A program made the translations under genes and the position numbers. A DNA stretch of 24,833 nt from a virus: the UHGV virus genome UHGV-0067666; one strand, written 5' to 3'. Positions 8,969 to 17,342 of this stretch are shown piece after piece. Numbering within the stretch: the first letter of the stretch is position 1; each line of letters begins with the position of its first letter. The notes under the pieces are model-generated. The model was not told the origin of the DNA and did not search any database. It saw nothing but the letters and a program-made list of their open reading frames with translations.

Positions 8969-9688
8969 ATGACAACTATTAACAAGCATGGGTTATCTAG
9001 AACAATTCCTGAACCTGTAAAACTGGAGGTAAGGCAGCGCTGTGGCTTTGGTTGCGTTGTTTGTGCTTCTCCCATTGTTGAGTATGAGCATGTAATTCCC
9101 ACATACGCTGATGCAAAGGAGCACTCTCCAAATGCAATAGCACTACTTTGTCCTACGTGCCATGCGAAAGTAACGAAACGTCTTTACTCTAAAGAGAAAA
9201 TAATTAAAGCAATGGAATCTCCTGCAGCCTTACAAAAAGGGAATGTGGCCGATATATTGGACTTTTCTGATAGGCATCCAACAATAATATTTGGTGGTGC
9301 GACGTTTGAATCCTGTACTGTACCAATAATGTTTCAAAATGAGCCATTGTTAACCATTGAAAAAGAAAATAATGCTTTTCTTATTTCGGGTAAATTTTAC
9401 GATAGTCAAGGTATTGTTAATCTTGAATTAATTAAGAATGAGTGGGTTTGTAGTGCAAGGCATTGGGATGTTCAGGTTGTTGGTCCTAGAATAACTATTA
9501 TAGAAAAAAGGAAAGGTCCTCGTTTAATTATTAAAGTTGATGCGCCTGAAAGATTGATTGTGGAAAGATTAGATATGTTGGTTAAGGGGACTCGGATTGT
9601 AGGAGACGAACACAAGCTAAGAGTAGGTCCACATCAATTTCACAATTGTGGAGTTTCAAATTGCAATATTGGTTTCTGCTTTGGCTAA
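8969..9688 (+). CDS. HNH-endonuclease domain protein with uncharacterised C-terminal domain (~150 aa)
   Basis: N-terminal CGFGCVVC...EYEHVIP...NAIALLCPTCHAK, a CxxC...EH...N...CxxCH HNH signature; AT-rich codon usage unlike the neighbouring backbone. Confidence 0.7.
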   Translation: MTTINKHGLSRTIPEPVKLEVRQRCGFGCVVCASPIVEYEHVIPTYADAKEHSPNAIALLCPTCHAKVTKRLYSKEKIIKAMESPAALQKGNVADILDFSDRHPTIIFGGATFESCTVPIMFQNEPLLTIEKENNAFLISGKFYDSQGIVNLELIKNEWVCSARHWDVQVVGPRITIIEKRKGPRLIIKVDAPERLIVERLDMLVKGTRIVGDEHKLRVGPHQFHNCGVSNCNIGFCFG

Positions 9689-9801
9689 CTGGAGGTTGGA
9701 AAAAGACCATTTCCTGTAAGCTGAGTATTTCGTACATTTTTGCCAACGCATGTCTATGCCGCATGAAATCGCATGATCGTTTGAGGATCGTTTTTGCTGA
9801 T

Positions 9802-9829
9802 GCCCGCCAGAGCTGGCGGGCTTTTGCTT
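9802..9829 (+). terminator. Rho-independent terminator (GCCCGCCAG / CTGGCGGGC stem followed by TTTTGCTT)
   Basis: 9-bp GC-rich inverted repeat plus T-run seen directly, downstream of the HNH gene. Confidence 0.6.
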
Positions 9830-9870
9830 ATGTCATGCAGGTGCATGAAAACCACTACACAAAGCGGGCA

Positions 9871-9889
9871 GGCGTGGCGGGGATACGAG
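9871..9889. other. Candidate cos site (cohesive-end sequence) GGCGTGGCGGGGATACGAG
   Basis: From memory, P2/186 cohesive ends are 19-nt G-rich sequences beginning GGCG(A/T)GGCGGGGA; first 13 nt match that recollection; orientation relative to the portal gene matches P2. Confidence 0.35.
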
Positions 9890-9991
9890 CGCGCGCTAAC
9901 TCATAAATCCTAGATTATTAGTGGATTTATCTCATTGAAATGTGCACTATTCCCAGCATTGAGTTGTACCAGATGTCTTTATGGAGGGACT

Positions 9992-11758
9992 GTGGCTTTT
10001 GTAACTGATATTCGGCTTGAAGATAATGCTATTGCTGCACCTGCGACAGCACAGGTTATGGCTCAGAGGCTAGGATCTGTATTACGTAAGAGATATGAAG
10101 AATTCATCCATAAAAGAGAGTGTGCACCAGGCCAAGCAGACTATGATGTAAAAATGGCTAGCAGGGCTTTAGCTGCATTCACTATGTATCAGTTAGGATG
10201 TGTGGATGATAAGTATGCAGGGGAGTCTGTATGTGATAGTAGTGAAGATGGTGGTATAGATGGAATAGCAATCAACCATAACGAAAAAATCGTTGTTGTT
10301 GTTCAATCAAAATTTCACCAATCGGGAAACGGCACTTGGACAAGAGCCGATTTTATGTGTTTTAAGGATGCTTGTGAGAAGCTACAAAGTGAAAGATACG
10401 AATTATTTGATTCCATATTGCAAAATAAAAGCGGGGAAATAAGTGCGGCTTTAAGTAGTTTTGAATACAAGTTCATCTTTGCGATGGCGCATACAGGTAA
10501 AAAAGGTGCTGCAGAGGAAATATTAAATGATATGCGGGAATGGCAATATCAATTAAACGCTGCAGCTTTTACACCTGAGGATGAGCCTAAAGAGAACTGG
10601 GGATTTCAGGTTCATTTAATATCCTCTGAAGATATGATGCATTGGTTACAGAATGGCTCTCGAAATCAAATTGATCTTAACAGGGTTGAAATTGAGCGTT
10701 TTGGATTTTTGAATGAACCATATCAAGCTTTTTACGGGGCTATTAGTGGTGATCAAGTTGCAGAATGGTGGGAAGAGCATGGTGCTCGATTATTTACAAA
10801 AAACATAAGGAATATGCTTGGTAAAACAGAAGTGAATGAGGAAATAAAAAAGACAGCTATAGATAATCCTGATATGTTTTGGTTTTATAATAATGGGATT
10901 ACTGTACTGGTTAAGGAAGTTGTTCCTCATAGACGAAACGCAGCTCCTAATATAGAGAGAGGGATTTTTGATTTTCGTGATGTAAGTGTCATTAATGGTG
11001 CACAAACAGTCAGTAGTATTGGCGCATGTAAAGATGCGCTTGGTGAAAACATATATAGACTCAAAGTGCCAGCTAGATTCATTGTTATAGATGATGATAC
11101 TGATAATTTAACTGCAAATGCAATTACAAAAGCTAACAATTTCCAAAATAGAGTATTGGGAAGAGATTTTGCATCGCAGCAGGCAGATCAACATAGATTG
11201 GCAAGGGAGTTAGTGCTTGAAGGATATCAATATCAGTTACTAAGAACAGATGAAGATCATTCACAGACAAATACGAAAGTCATTGACTTGGATGAGGCGC
11301 TCAATGCACTCGCATGTTTAAGTAAAAATAATACGGTTGTATCGACACTAAAATCAAATCGCGGTAGGTTTTTTGAAAATTTTGAAGGCTCTCTATATAA
11401 AACTATTTTCAATCCAAGATTAAGTGGTTTAAAACTTATCAATACTGTTCTACATTTTAGAGTTATAGATAAGTTGATCGGTAAAACATTACTATCAGTA
11501 GATAAAACGACCCATAGTCGCAAGCATTTAATTATTACGCATGGTAATAGATACTATGCGTCTGTACTATTGAGCAACGTTTCTGGGATACATAATAGCT
11601 CAGAAATTCTTGTTCCAGATGAAAAAAATCTTTCCGAAGAATTAAGTGCATTAATTCAACGTGCTGAAGAGTACATTGAAGATAATTACCCGAATGCCTA
11701 TCCGGCAAGATTTTTTGCAAATCCAACGAAAATACAAGAGTTATACGATAATGTTTAA
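9992..11758 (+). CDS. AIPR-like (abortive infection phage resistance family) protein with N-terminal PD-(D/E)xK-like nuclease motif
   Basis: ORF 9935..11758 (TTG); likely start GTG 9992 behind GGAGGG, or ATG 10058; motif DGGIDGIAINHNEKIVVVVQSKF resembles a D...(E/Q)xK nuclease core; later NGITVL and INGAQT motifs recalled as AIPR-typical; AT-rich. Confidence 0.65.
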   Translation: MAFVTDIRLEDNAIAAPATAQVMAQRLGSVLRKRYEEFIHKRECAPGQADYDVKMASRALAAFTMYQLGCVDDKYAGESVCDSSEDGGIDGIAINHNEKIVVVVQSKFHQSGNGTWTRADFMCFKDACEKLQSERYELFDSILQNKSGEISAALSSFEYKFIFAMAHTGKKGAAEEILNDMREWQYQLNAAAFTPEDEPKENWGFQVHLISSEDMMHWLQNGSRNQIDLNRVEIERFGFLNEPYQAFYGAISGDQVAEWWEEHGARLFTKNIRNMLGKTEVNEEIKKTAIDNPDMFWFYNNGITVLVKEVVPHRRNAAPNIERGIFDFRDVSVINGAQTVSSIGACKDALGENIYRLKVPARFIVIDDDTDNLTANAITKANNFQNRVLGRDFASQQADQHRLARELVLEGYQYQLLRTDEDHSQTNTKVIDLDEALNALACLSKNNTVVSTLKSNRGRFFENFEGSLYKTIFNPRLSGLKLINTVLHFRVIDKLIGKTLLSVDKTTHSRKHLIITHGNRYYASVLLSNVSGIHNSSEILVPDEKNLSEELSALIQRAEEYIEDNYPNAYPARFFANPTKIQELYDNV

Positions 11759-11761
11759 ACT

Positions 11762-11788
11762 AAAGGGAGGTTGCCTCCCTTTTTTTTA
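11762..11788 (+). terminator. Rho-independent terminator (AAAGGGAGG-ttg-CCTCCC + T8)
   Basis: 6-bp GC stem, 3-nt loop, run of 8 T, immediately after the stop of the AIPR-like gene and abutting the 3' end of the convergent portal gene. Confidence 0.75.
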
Positions 11789-11789
11789 A

Positions 11790-12818
11790 TTAGAAATGGT
11801 ATTCTTGGAATTCAATAACACCTTCTTCTATGAAATTGTTTATTTCTTGTAATCTTTTTTGCAATGGCAATAATTCATTACGTACAAATACTTTACTCGC
11901 CTTCTCTACATCTCCAAAGCCCCCAACATTATTAGGCATTATCCCCATCATTTGCGGCGGCACACGGTGTGCCGCCATCATGTCGTCCCGACTCACGTTC
12001 TTGATATTCAGAAACTCATCCTTCGCCGCGACTTCTGACAACGGGATAATCTGAAGCCCGTCCTTTTTGCCGTTAGGAGAGTACATAAACAGGTTGCGGA
12101 AGTTGCCTGGCCCTTTGGCGCTTTTCATTGCGTTGCGGAGGTTGTTCACATCTTCTTGGTTCTGCGCGGCATCGGTCATGTACATGATGAAACCTGCATG
12201 GCTGCCGTTGATGTAATACTTACGGCGGAACAGTGTGGCGGACTCGTTGAGCAGGGCTGACGGGATGGCAGAAAGATAACCTGGCAGGCCGTAGATCTCC
12301 TGGTTGATGTCCGGTTCCATCAGATGAAAAATGCTGCCTTTCGTGAACTGATACGGCTGGGCTGTCATACCGTATTGCACAAACCAGTAGGTATCCAGGT
12401 CTAATCCGCGTCGGGTGTATTTTGCCAAAGCTGGCTCAAGGGCGATAACTTCACCAAAGCGGTTCGTGCGTTTCTCCAGGTAGGCGTTACCAAATACCAG
12501 ATAGTCCTGCACAAAACGCGAAAAAGCCTGCTGGCTAAGCAGCGGATGAGGGATATAGGTACTGGTCAGAATGTTGCACTTTACTGCAATCGGGGAACTG
12601 TGATGCACGGCGGCGCGGAAGGTGCGCGCCAGTCCATTAAAGCTGACGGGCGGCTCATACCAGCGATCCATCTGTACGCATTCCACATAGTCCAGCAGTT
12701 CGCGGCGGTCCAGCACGGGGATGGGATCACCAAAGCTGAAAGCCTCAGCCGTTGGGCCGTTGCTTGGTTTTGTGTCGTGATCAACTGTTACCTGCTTGGT
12801 GTTTTTACGTTTGCTCAT
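11790..12818 (-). CDS. Q: Portal protein (P2 gpQ family)
   Basis: 342 aa, size and position as P2 Q, immediately downstream of terminase-region genes on minus strand; start ATG overlaps stop of upstream ORF (ATGA). Confidence 0.8.
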   Translation of the reverse strand: MSKRKNTKQVTVDHDTKPSNGPTAEAFSFGDPIPVLDRRELLDYVECVQMDRWYEPPVSFNGLARTFRAAVHHSSPIAVKCNILTSTYIPHPLLSQQAFSRFVQDYLVFGNAYLEKRTNRFGEVIALEPALAKYTRRGLDLDTYWFVQYGMTAQPYQFTKGSIFHLMEPDINQEIYGLPGYLSAIPSALLNESATLFRRKYYINGSHAGFIMYMTDAAQNQEDVNNLRNAMKSAKGPGNFRNLFMYSPNGKKDGLQIIPLSEVAAKDEFLNIKNVSRDDMMAAHRVPPQMMGIMPNNVGGFGDVEKASKVFVRNELLPLQKRLQEINNFIEEGVIEFQEYHF

Positions 12819-13522
12819 TCTGCCAGTTCCTTGCTAGCGAGAGGCCATTCGCACATAAACAGCATTTTCCAGTCCTCTTCTGATAATTCTTTTTTCATAT
12901 CGTTCAGCCAGTTATCAGTAAACAACATTGCTCCAGATGCTGCTGCGTCATCTGCGGTGAACACCATGCTGGTTACGCTGTTGTTTCTGCATAGCTTTTT
13001 ATATTCCTGCCGTGCCTCTGGGTTAGGGCTGGGAGTGGTGTAGTAGGTGGCGTGGTAGTGTGCGTGCATAGAAATCCCTTTAGCGATGGCAATCATATTT
13101 CTCGGTGATTCACTCCAGGCATACTCTGACACGTAAACATTTCCACTGAGTGCGGAGGTGAGACTGCTGAGGTCGGTAAAATAAATTACTGCACCATTCG
13201 GAAGCTCCAGATGACTTTTGCCTGATTTTATTTTTCCAGTGTGCGTATAAGCTGCGGCCTGGCTTAAGAATGCTGATACACAGGCTTTGATTGCCTGCGC
13301 AGATGCTGTGCTGCAGCAGAGGAAAATCTGGTTACGCCCGGTATGCAGTGCATCGTTCAGGGCTTCATAGGAAAAAAAGAAATCCGCGCCTGCCTGGCGC
13401 ATTTTTGTGAGTACACGGTTTCTACTCTTTGGGCCAGTGTTCCACTCATACTGGTAAGCAAAGAAAAAGCTATCCACCGGAAGTCCCGCGATAGTCATGA
13501 GGTTAGTTGGGATTGGGGGCAT
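12815..13522 (-). CDS. Terminase large-subunit ATPase-domain paralogue (235 aa), extra gene between P and Q
   Basis: Aligns to the central region of the adjacent 588-aa terminase (e.g. FFFSYEALNDALHTGRNQIFLCCSTAS vs FYFAREALIDALLTGRNQIFLSASKAQ; GNVYVSEYAW vs GNLYLDEYFW; YYTTPS vs YFSTPS); GGAG RBS; start overlaps P stop (TGATG) and stop overlaps Q start (ATGA). Confidence 0.7.
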   Translation of the reverse strand: MPPIPTNLMTIAGLPVDSFFFAYQYEWNTGPKSRNRVLTKMRQAGADFFFSYEALNDALHTGRNQIFLCCSTASAQAIKACVSAFLSQAAAYTHTGKIKSGKSHLELPNGAVIYFTDLSSLTSALSGNVYVSEYAWSESPRNMIAIAKGISMHAHYHATYYTTPSPNPEARQEYKKLCRNNSVTSMVFTADDAAASGAMLFTDNWLNDMKKELSEEDWKMLFMCEWPLASKELAE

Positions 13523-15288
13523 CAAAAAATCTCCACAATATTGCTGGTATTGGCGGATTCGCCCTGCAGCGGTTCGTTAAACAGTGCGTGCATCGTTGCC
13601 CAGGCCAGATCGGCGTGGCTGGCTTCTTCGCTGCGGCTGGCTTCATAGGTTGGGCGGTTGCCGCTCGCGGTGGTGGCGCGACGGATTGCCATGAATGACT
13701 GCGCTATGTCGGTGTGTCCGGCGTCAAACTCCAGACGGCGGTGGCTGATAATGTCGTAGGCCTTGAGTACCAGGGCGTTTTTAACATTGGGGTTATAGAC
13801 AAACTCCCGGACGGCTGGAAAAAACGCTTTCACGTTCTCGTAAACCCCGTGGCCGACACCTGTCGAGTCGATGCCGATGTAGGTCACGTTGTACTGCTCG
13901 GTCAGTTTTTTGATGGCGTCAGCCTGGGCGCGGAAGTCCATCCCACGCCACTGGTGACGCTCAAGAATGCGGAACTTACCACCAGGCACGGCTGGCGGTG
14001 CCACCACTACGCATCCGGCGCTGTCGCCGTTTTGCGTACCTTTTGCCGGGTCATAACCGATCCACACTTCGCGCCAGCCAAACGGGCGCAGAGCCAGTGC
14101 ATGAAAGTCGGTCCAGACTTCCCAGCTGTCCACCATGCACGCCTGCAGCTCGCTGAGCGGGAACACGGACGCGAGATCGTCCACAAACTCGCACATCAGC
14201 AGGTTCTGGTATTCGTCCGGGCTGTACTCCATGCGCAACTGGTCAAGGTCGAACAGGTTACAGCCGCCGCGCACCGCATCTTCCACGGTGACTATCTGGC
14301 GGTATTGCCCGTCTGCGCACAGCAGGCCGGGGGCCAGATTGCTGTGGGACAGGTCGATGTCCACCTTGTCGGCCTTGTTGCGCCCACGGTTGAACAGCGC
14401 ACCGGACCAGAACGGATAAGCACTGTGTGTCAGGCTGGATGGCGTGGAAAAATAGGTTTGTCGCCATTTTTTGTGAATAGCCATACCGGAAGCCACTTTG
14501 CGCAGCTCCTGGAATTTCGGTATCCAGAAATATTCATCCAGATACAGGTTGCCGTGATAACTCTGGGCCGTGCGGGCATTGGTGCCGAGGAAGTAAAGCG
14601 TGGCTCCGTTAGGAAGCACCATCGGATCGCCTTTCAGCTCCACCTCGACTTCTTTGGCGAAGTCTATGATGTACTGCTTAAAGACGTGAGCCTGTGCCTT
14701 ACTGGCAGAAAGGAAAATCTGGTTACGTCCGGTAAGCAGGGCGTCAATCAGGGCTTCACGGGCAAAGTAAAAGGTCGCGCCGATCTGGCGTGACTTCAGC
14801 AGGTTGCGGATGCGGTTGGTTTTTCCGGCTTCCCACCAGTGGCGCTGGTAGTTGAACATGGAGGAATGGAAAATTTCTTCCAGCTTCTCAATCTGTTCAT
14901 CGGTGAAAACATTCTTTTCCGGCTGACGGCGCGGGCCTTTGTTGCGGTTGGCGACGTTAGGGTTTAAGTCGGCTTCGTTACCGCCATTGTTAAACTTGCC
15001 GATCCGCGCGTGGCGCTCCGACTGGCGCGCCAGCAGGTCAATTTCTTTGAAATCTTTCCCTTCTTTGTGCTCCTTCATAATGAGCTGGCAGTAGCGTGCG
15101 GCGGTGGTGAGCTGCATCTGATCCAGCGGCCCATAGTCACCCCACTTGTCGCGTTTTTTCCAGCTGTGAACGGTTGCAACTTTCTCGCCCAGCATTTCAG
15201 CAATGCGGGCTACGCGGTATCCCTGAAAGTACAGCAGCATGGCCTGCCGACGGGGATCGAGATCTGCGGGTGTCAGTGTGGTGTTCAT
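13522..15288 (-). CDS. P: Terminase large subunit (ATPase/nuclease, P2 gpP family)
   Basis: 588 aa, size as P2 P; ATPase-like core with hhhhDE motif LYLDEY; divergent from the scaffold operon as in P2. Confidence 0.9.
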   Translation of the reverse strand: MNTTLTPADLDPRRQAMLLYFQGYRVARIAEMLGEKVATVHSWKKRDKWGDYGPLDQMQLTTAARYCQLIMKEHKEGKDFKEIDLLARQSERHARIGKFNNGGNEADLNPNVANRNKGPRRQPEKNVFTDEQIEKLEEIFHSSMFNYQRHWWEAGKTNRIRNLLKSRQIGATFYFAREALIDALLTGRNQIFLSASKAQAHVFKQYIIDFAKEVEVELKGDPMVLPNGATLYFLGTNARTAQSYHGNLYLDEYFWIPKFQELRKVASGMAIHKKWRQTYFSTPSSLTHSAYPFWSGALFNRGRNKADKVDIDLSHSNLAPGLLCADGQYRQIVTVEDAVRGGCNLFDLDQLRMEYSPDEYQNLLMCEFVDDLASVFPLSELQACMVDSWEVWTDFHALALRPFGWREVWIGYDPAKGTQNGDSAGCVVVAPPAVPGGKFRILERHQWRGMDFRAQADAIKKLTEQYNVTYIGIDSTGVGHGVYENVKAFFPAVREFVYNPNVKNALVLKAYDIISHRRLEFDAGHTDIAQSFMAIRRATTASGNRPTYEASRSEEASHADLAWATMHALFNEPLQGESANTSNIVEIF

Positions 15289-15334
15289 GGCACAAACCTA
15301 CAGCCTTGAATGAAGGCTTTCCCCGCCTGCGGTT

Positions 15335-15352
15335 TGTGTGGTTGTCGGTACA
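15335..15352. promoter_or_regulatory. TGT-N12-ACA element (Ogr/B-type late activator binding site) in the P/O divergent intergenic region
   Basis: TGTgtggttgtcggtACA seen directly ~80-95 bp upstream of the O start; P2-family late promoters carry this dyad upstream of -35. Confidence 0.5.
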
Positions 15353-15430
15353 AATACCGCGCATTGTTTCACTGCCCCCATCACCGCAACCATAAGGCTC
15401 CAGTAAGTTTTTTCTAACGGAGCACGGCTC

Positions 15431-16264
15431 ATGACAGTGAAAGCAAAGCGTTTTCGCATCGGGGTGGAAGGTGCCACCACCGACGGACGCGAAATCCAGC
15501 GTGAATGGCTGGAACAGATGGCAGCCAGCTACAACCCGGCGGTGTATACCGCGCTGATTAACCTTGAGCACATCAAGTCTTATCTGCCGGACAGCACCTT
15601 TAACCGCTACGGCAAGGTGACGGCGCTGTTTGCTGAAGAAATCACGGAAGGTCCGCTGGCAGGCAAGATGGCGCTGTATGCCGACGTTGAGCCAACGGAG
15701 TCCCTGGTGGAACTGGTGAAAAAAGGCCAGAAATTATTCACCTCTATGGAAGTCAGCCCGAAGTTCGCTGATACGGGCAAAGCCTACCTGGTCGGCCTGG
15801 CTGCCACTGATGACCCTGCCAGTCTGGGCACTGAAATGCTGACATTCAGCGCCAGTGCAGCCCATAACCCGCTGGCAAACCGCAAGCAGAATCCTGCCAA
15901 TCTCTTTACCGCTGCAGAGGAAACGGTGATCGAACTGGAAGAAATCCAGGATGACAAACCGTCCCTGTTTGCCCGTGTCACGGCGCTGTTCACCAAAAAA
16001 GAGCAGTCCGATGACGCCCGGTTCTCTGATGTGCATAAGGCCGTGGAGCTGGTCGCCACTGAGCAGCAGAACCTGAGCGCACGCACCGAAAAATCCCTGT
16101 CTGAGCAGGAAGAACGTCTGTCTGAGCTGGAGACTGCCCTGCAGGCACAGCAGACCGCCTTTAACGAACTGGTGAATAAGCTGAGTCATGAAGACAGCCG
16201 CCAGGACTACCGCCAGCGTGCAACAGGCGGTAACGCCCCCGCTGACACTCTGACCAATTGCTGA
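15431..16264 (+). CDS. O: Capsid scaffolding protein (P2 gpO family)
   Basis: 277 aa; conserved FRIGVEG...INLEH...TSME...AYLVGLAATDDPASLGTE segments as recalled from P2 gpO; GGAG RBS. Confidence 0.85.
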   Translation: MTVKAKRFRIGVEGATTDGREIQREWLEQMAASYNPAVYTALINLEHIKSYLPDSTFNRYGKVTALFAEEITEGPLAGKMALYADVEPTESLVELVKKGQKLFTSMEVSPKFADTGKAYLVGLAATDDPASLGTEMLTFSASAAHNPLANRKQNPANLFTAAEETVIELEEIQDDKPSLFARVTALFTKKEQSDDARFSDVHKAVELVATEQQNLSARTEKSLSEQEERLSELETALQAQQTAFNELVNKLSHEDSRQDYRQRATGGNAPADTLTNC

Positions 16265-16280
16265 TGGAGCACAAAACCTG

Positions 16281-17339
16281 ATGAAGAAGAATACCCGCTT
16301 TGCTTTTAACGCTTACCTGCAGCAGCTGGCGCGTCTGAACGGTGTGGCAGTTGAAGAACTGTCCAGCAAGTTCACCGTGGAGCCGTCTGTGCAGCAGACG
16401 CTGGAAGACCAGATCCAGCAATCCGCCGCTTTCCTGACGCTGATTAACGTCACGCCAGTGACCGAGCAGTCTGGTCAGCTGCTGGGGCTGGGTGTTGGCA
16501 GCACCATTGCCGGAACCACTGATACCACCGCAAAAGAGCGTGAGCCTGTCGATCCGACGCTGATGGTCGATGTGGAATACAAATGCGAGCAGACCAACTT
16601 TGACACGGTGCTGACCTACGCGAAGCTGGACCTGTGGGCGAAGTTTCAGGATTTCCAGGTGCGTATTCGTGACGCGATCGTGAAACGTCAGGCACTGGAC
16701 CGCATCATGATCGGCTTTAACGGCGTGAAGCGTGCGAAAACCTCAAACCGTAGCGAAAACCCGCTGCTGCAGGATGTGAATAAAGGCTGGCTGCAGAAAA
16801 TCCGTGAAGATGCACCGGATCACGTCATGGGCAGCACCACCACGGGCGGTGAAACCACACCGGGTGCGGTGAAAGTCGGGAAAGGTGGCGAATATGCCAA
16901 CCTGGACGCCGTGGTGATGGATGCCGTCAATGAGCTTATCGACGTGGTCTACCAGGACGATGACGATCTGGTGGTGATTTGCGGTCGTGAACTGTTGTCT
17001 GACAAGTATTTCCCACTGGTCAACAAAGAGCAGGAAAACAGTGAAAAACTGGCTGCCGATATGATCATCAGTCAGAAACGCATGGGTGGCCTGCAGGCGG
17101 TGCGTGCGCCGTTCTTCCCGCCGAATGCGCTGCTGATCACCCGTCTGGATAACCTGTCCATCTACTGGCAGGAAGATACCCGCCGCCGTTCAGTTATCGA
17201 CAACCCGAAACGTGACCGGATTGAAAATTTTGAATCCGTTAACGAAGCCTATGTGGTTGAGGACTACCGCTGCGCCGCACTGGTGGAAAACATCCAGATT
17301 GGCGATTTCAGCGCCGCTGCAGCAGAAACCGGAGCGTAA
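16281..17339 (+). CDS. N: Major capsid protein (P2 gpN family)
   Basis: 352 aa; strong resemblance to recalled P2 gpN (TRFAFNAYL...FTVEPSV...GFNGVKRA...VGKGG.YA.LDA). Confidence 0.9.
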   Translation: MKKNTRFAFNAYLQQLARLNGVAVEELSSKFTVEPSVQQTLEDQIQQSAAFLTLINVTPVTEQSGQLLGLGVGSTIAGTTDTTAKEREPVDPTLMVDVEYKCEQTNFDTVLTYAKLDLWAKFQDFQVRIRDAIVKRQALDRIMIGFNGVKRAKTSNRSENPLLQDVNKGWLQKIREDAPDHVMGSTTTGGETTPGAVKVGKGGEYANLDAVVMDAVNELIDVVYQDDDDLVVICGRELLSDKYFPLVNKEQENSEKLAADMIISQKRMGGLQAVRAPFFPPNALLITRLDNLSIYWQEDTRRRSVIDNPKRDRIENFESVNEAYVVEDYRCAALVENIQIGDFSAAAAETGA

Positions 17340-17342
17340 TCC

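Noticed and set aside
9646-9906. 86-aa ORF spanning the HNH gene 3' end, terminator and cos-like sequence
   Set aside because: Overlaps a terminator hairpin and a likely cis-acting site, has no RBS, and the intergenic island has non-coding character.
8969-11758. HNH gene and AIPR-like gene as a single two-gene operon
   Set aside because: They are separated by a strong terminator, a GC-rich backbone-like island and a cos-like sequence, so they are more likely independent cassettes.
13714-14793. 359-aa ORF on plus strand
   Set aside because: Lies entirely antisense to the well-supported terminase gene P; no RBS or recognisable motifs; typical GC-rich shadow ORF.
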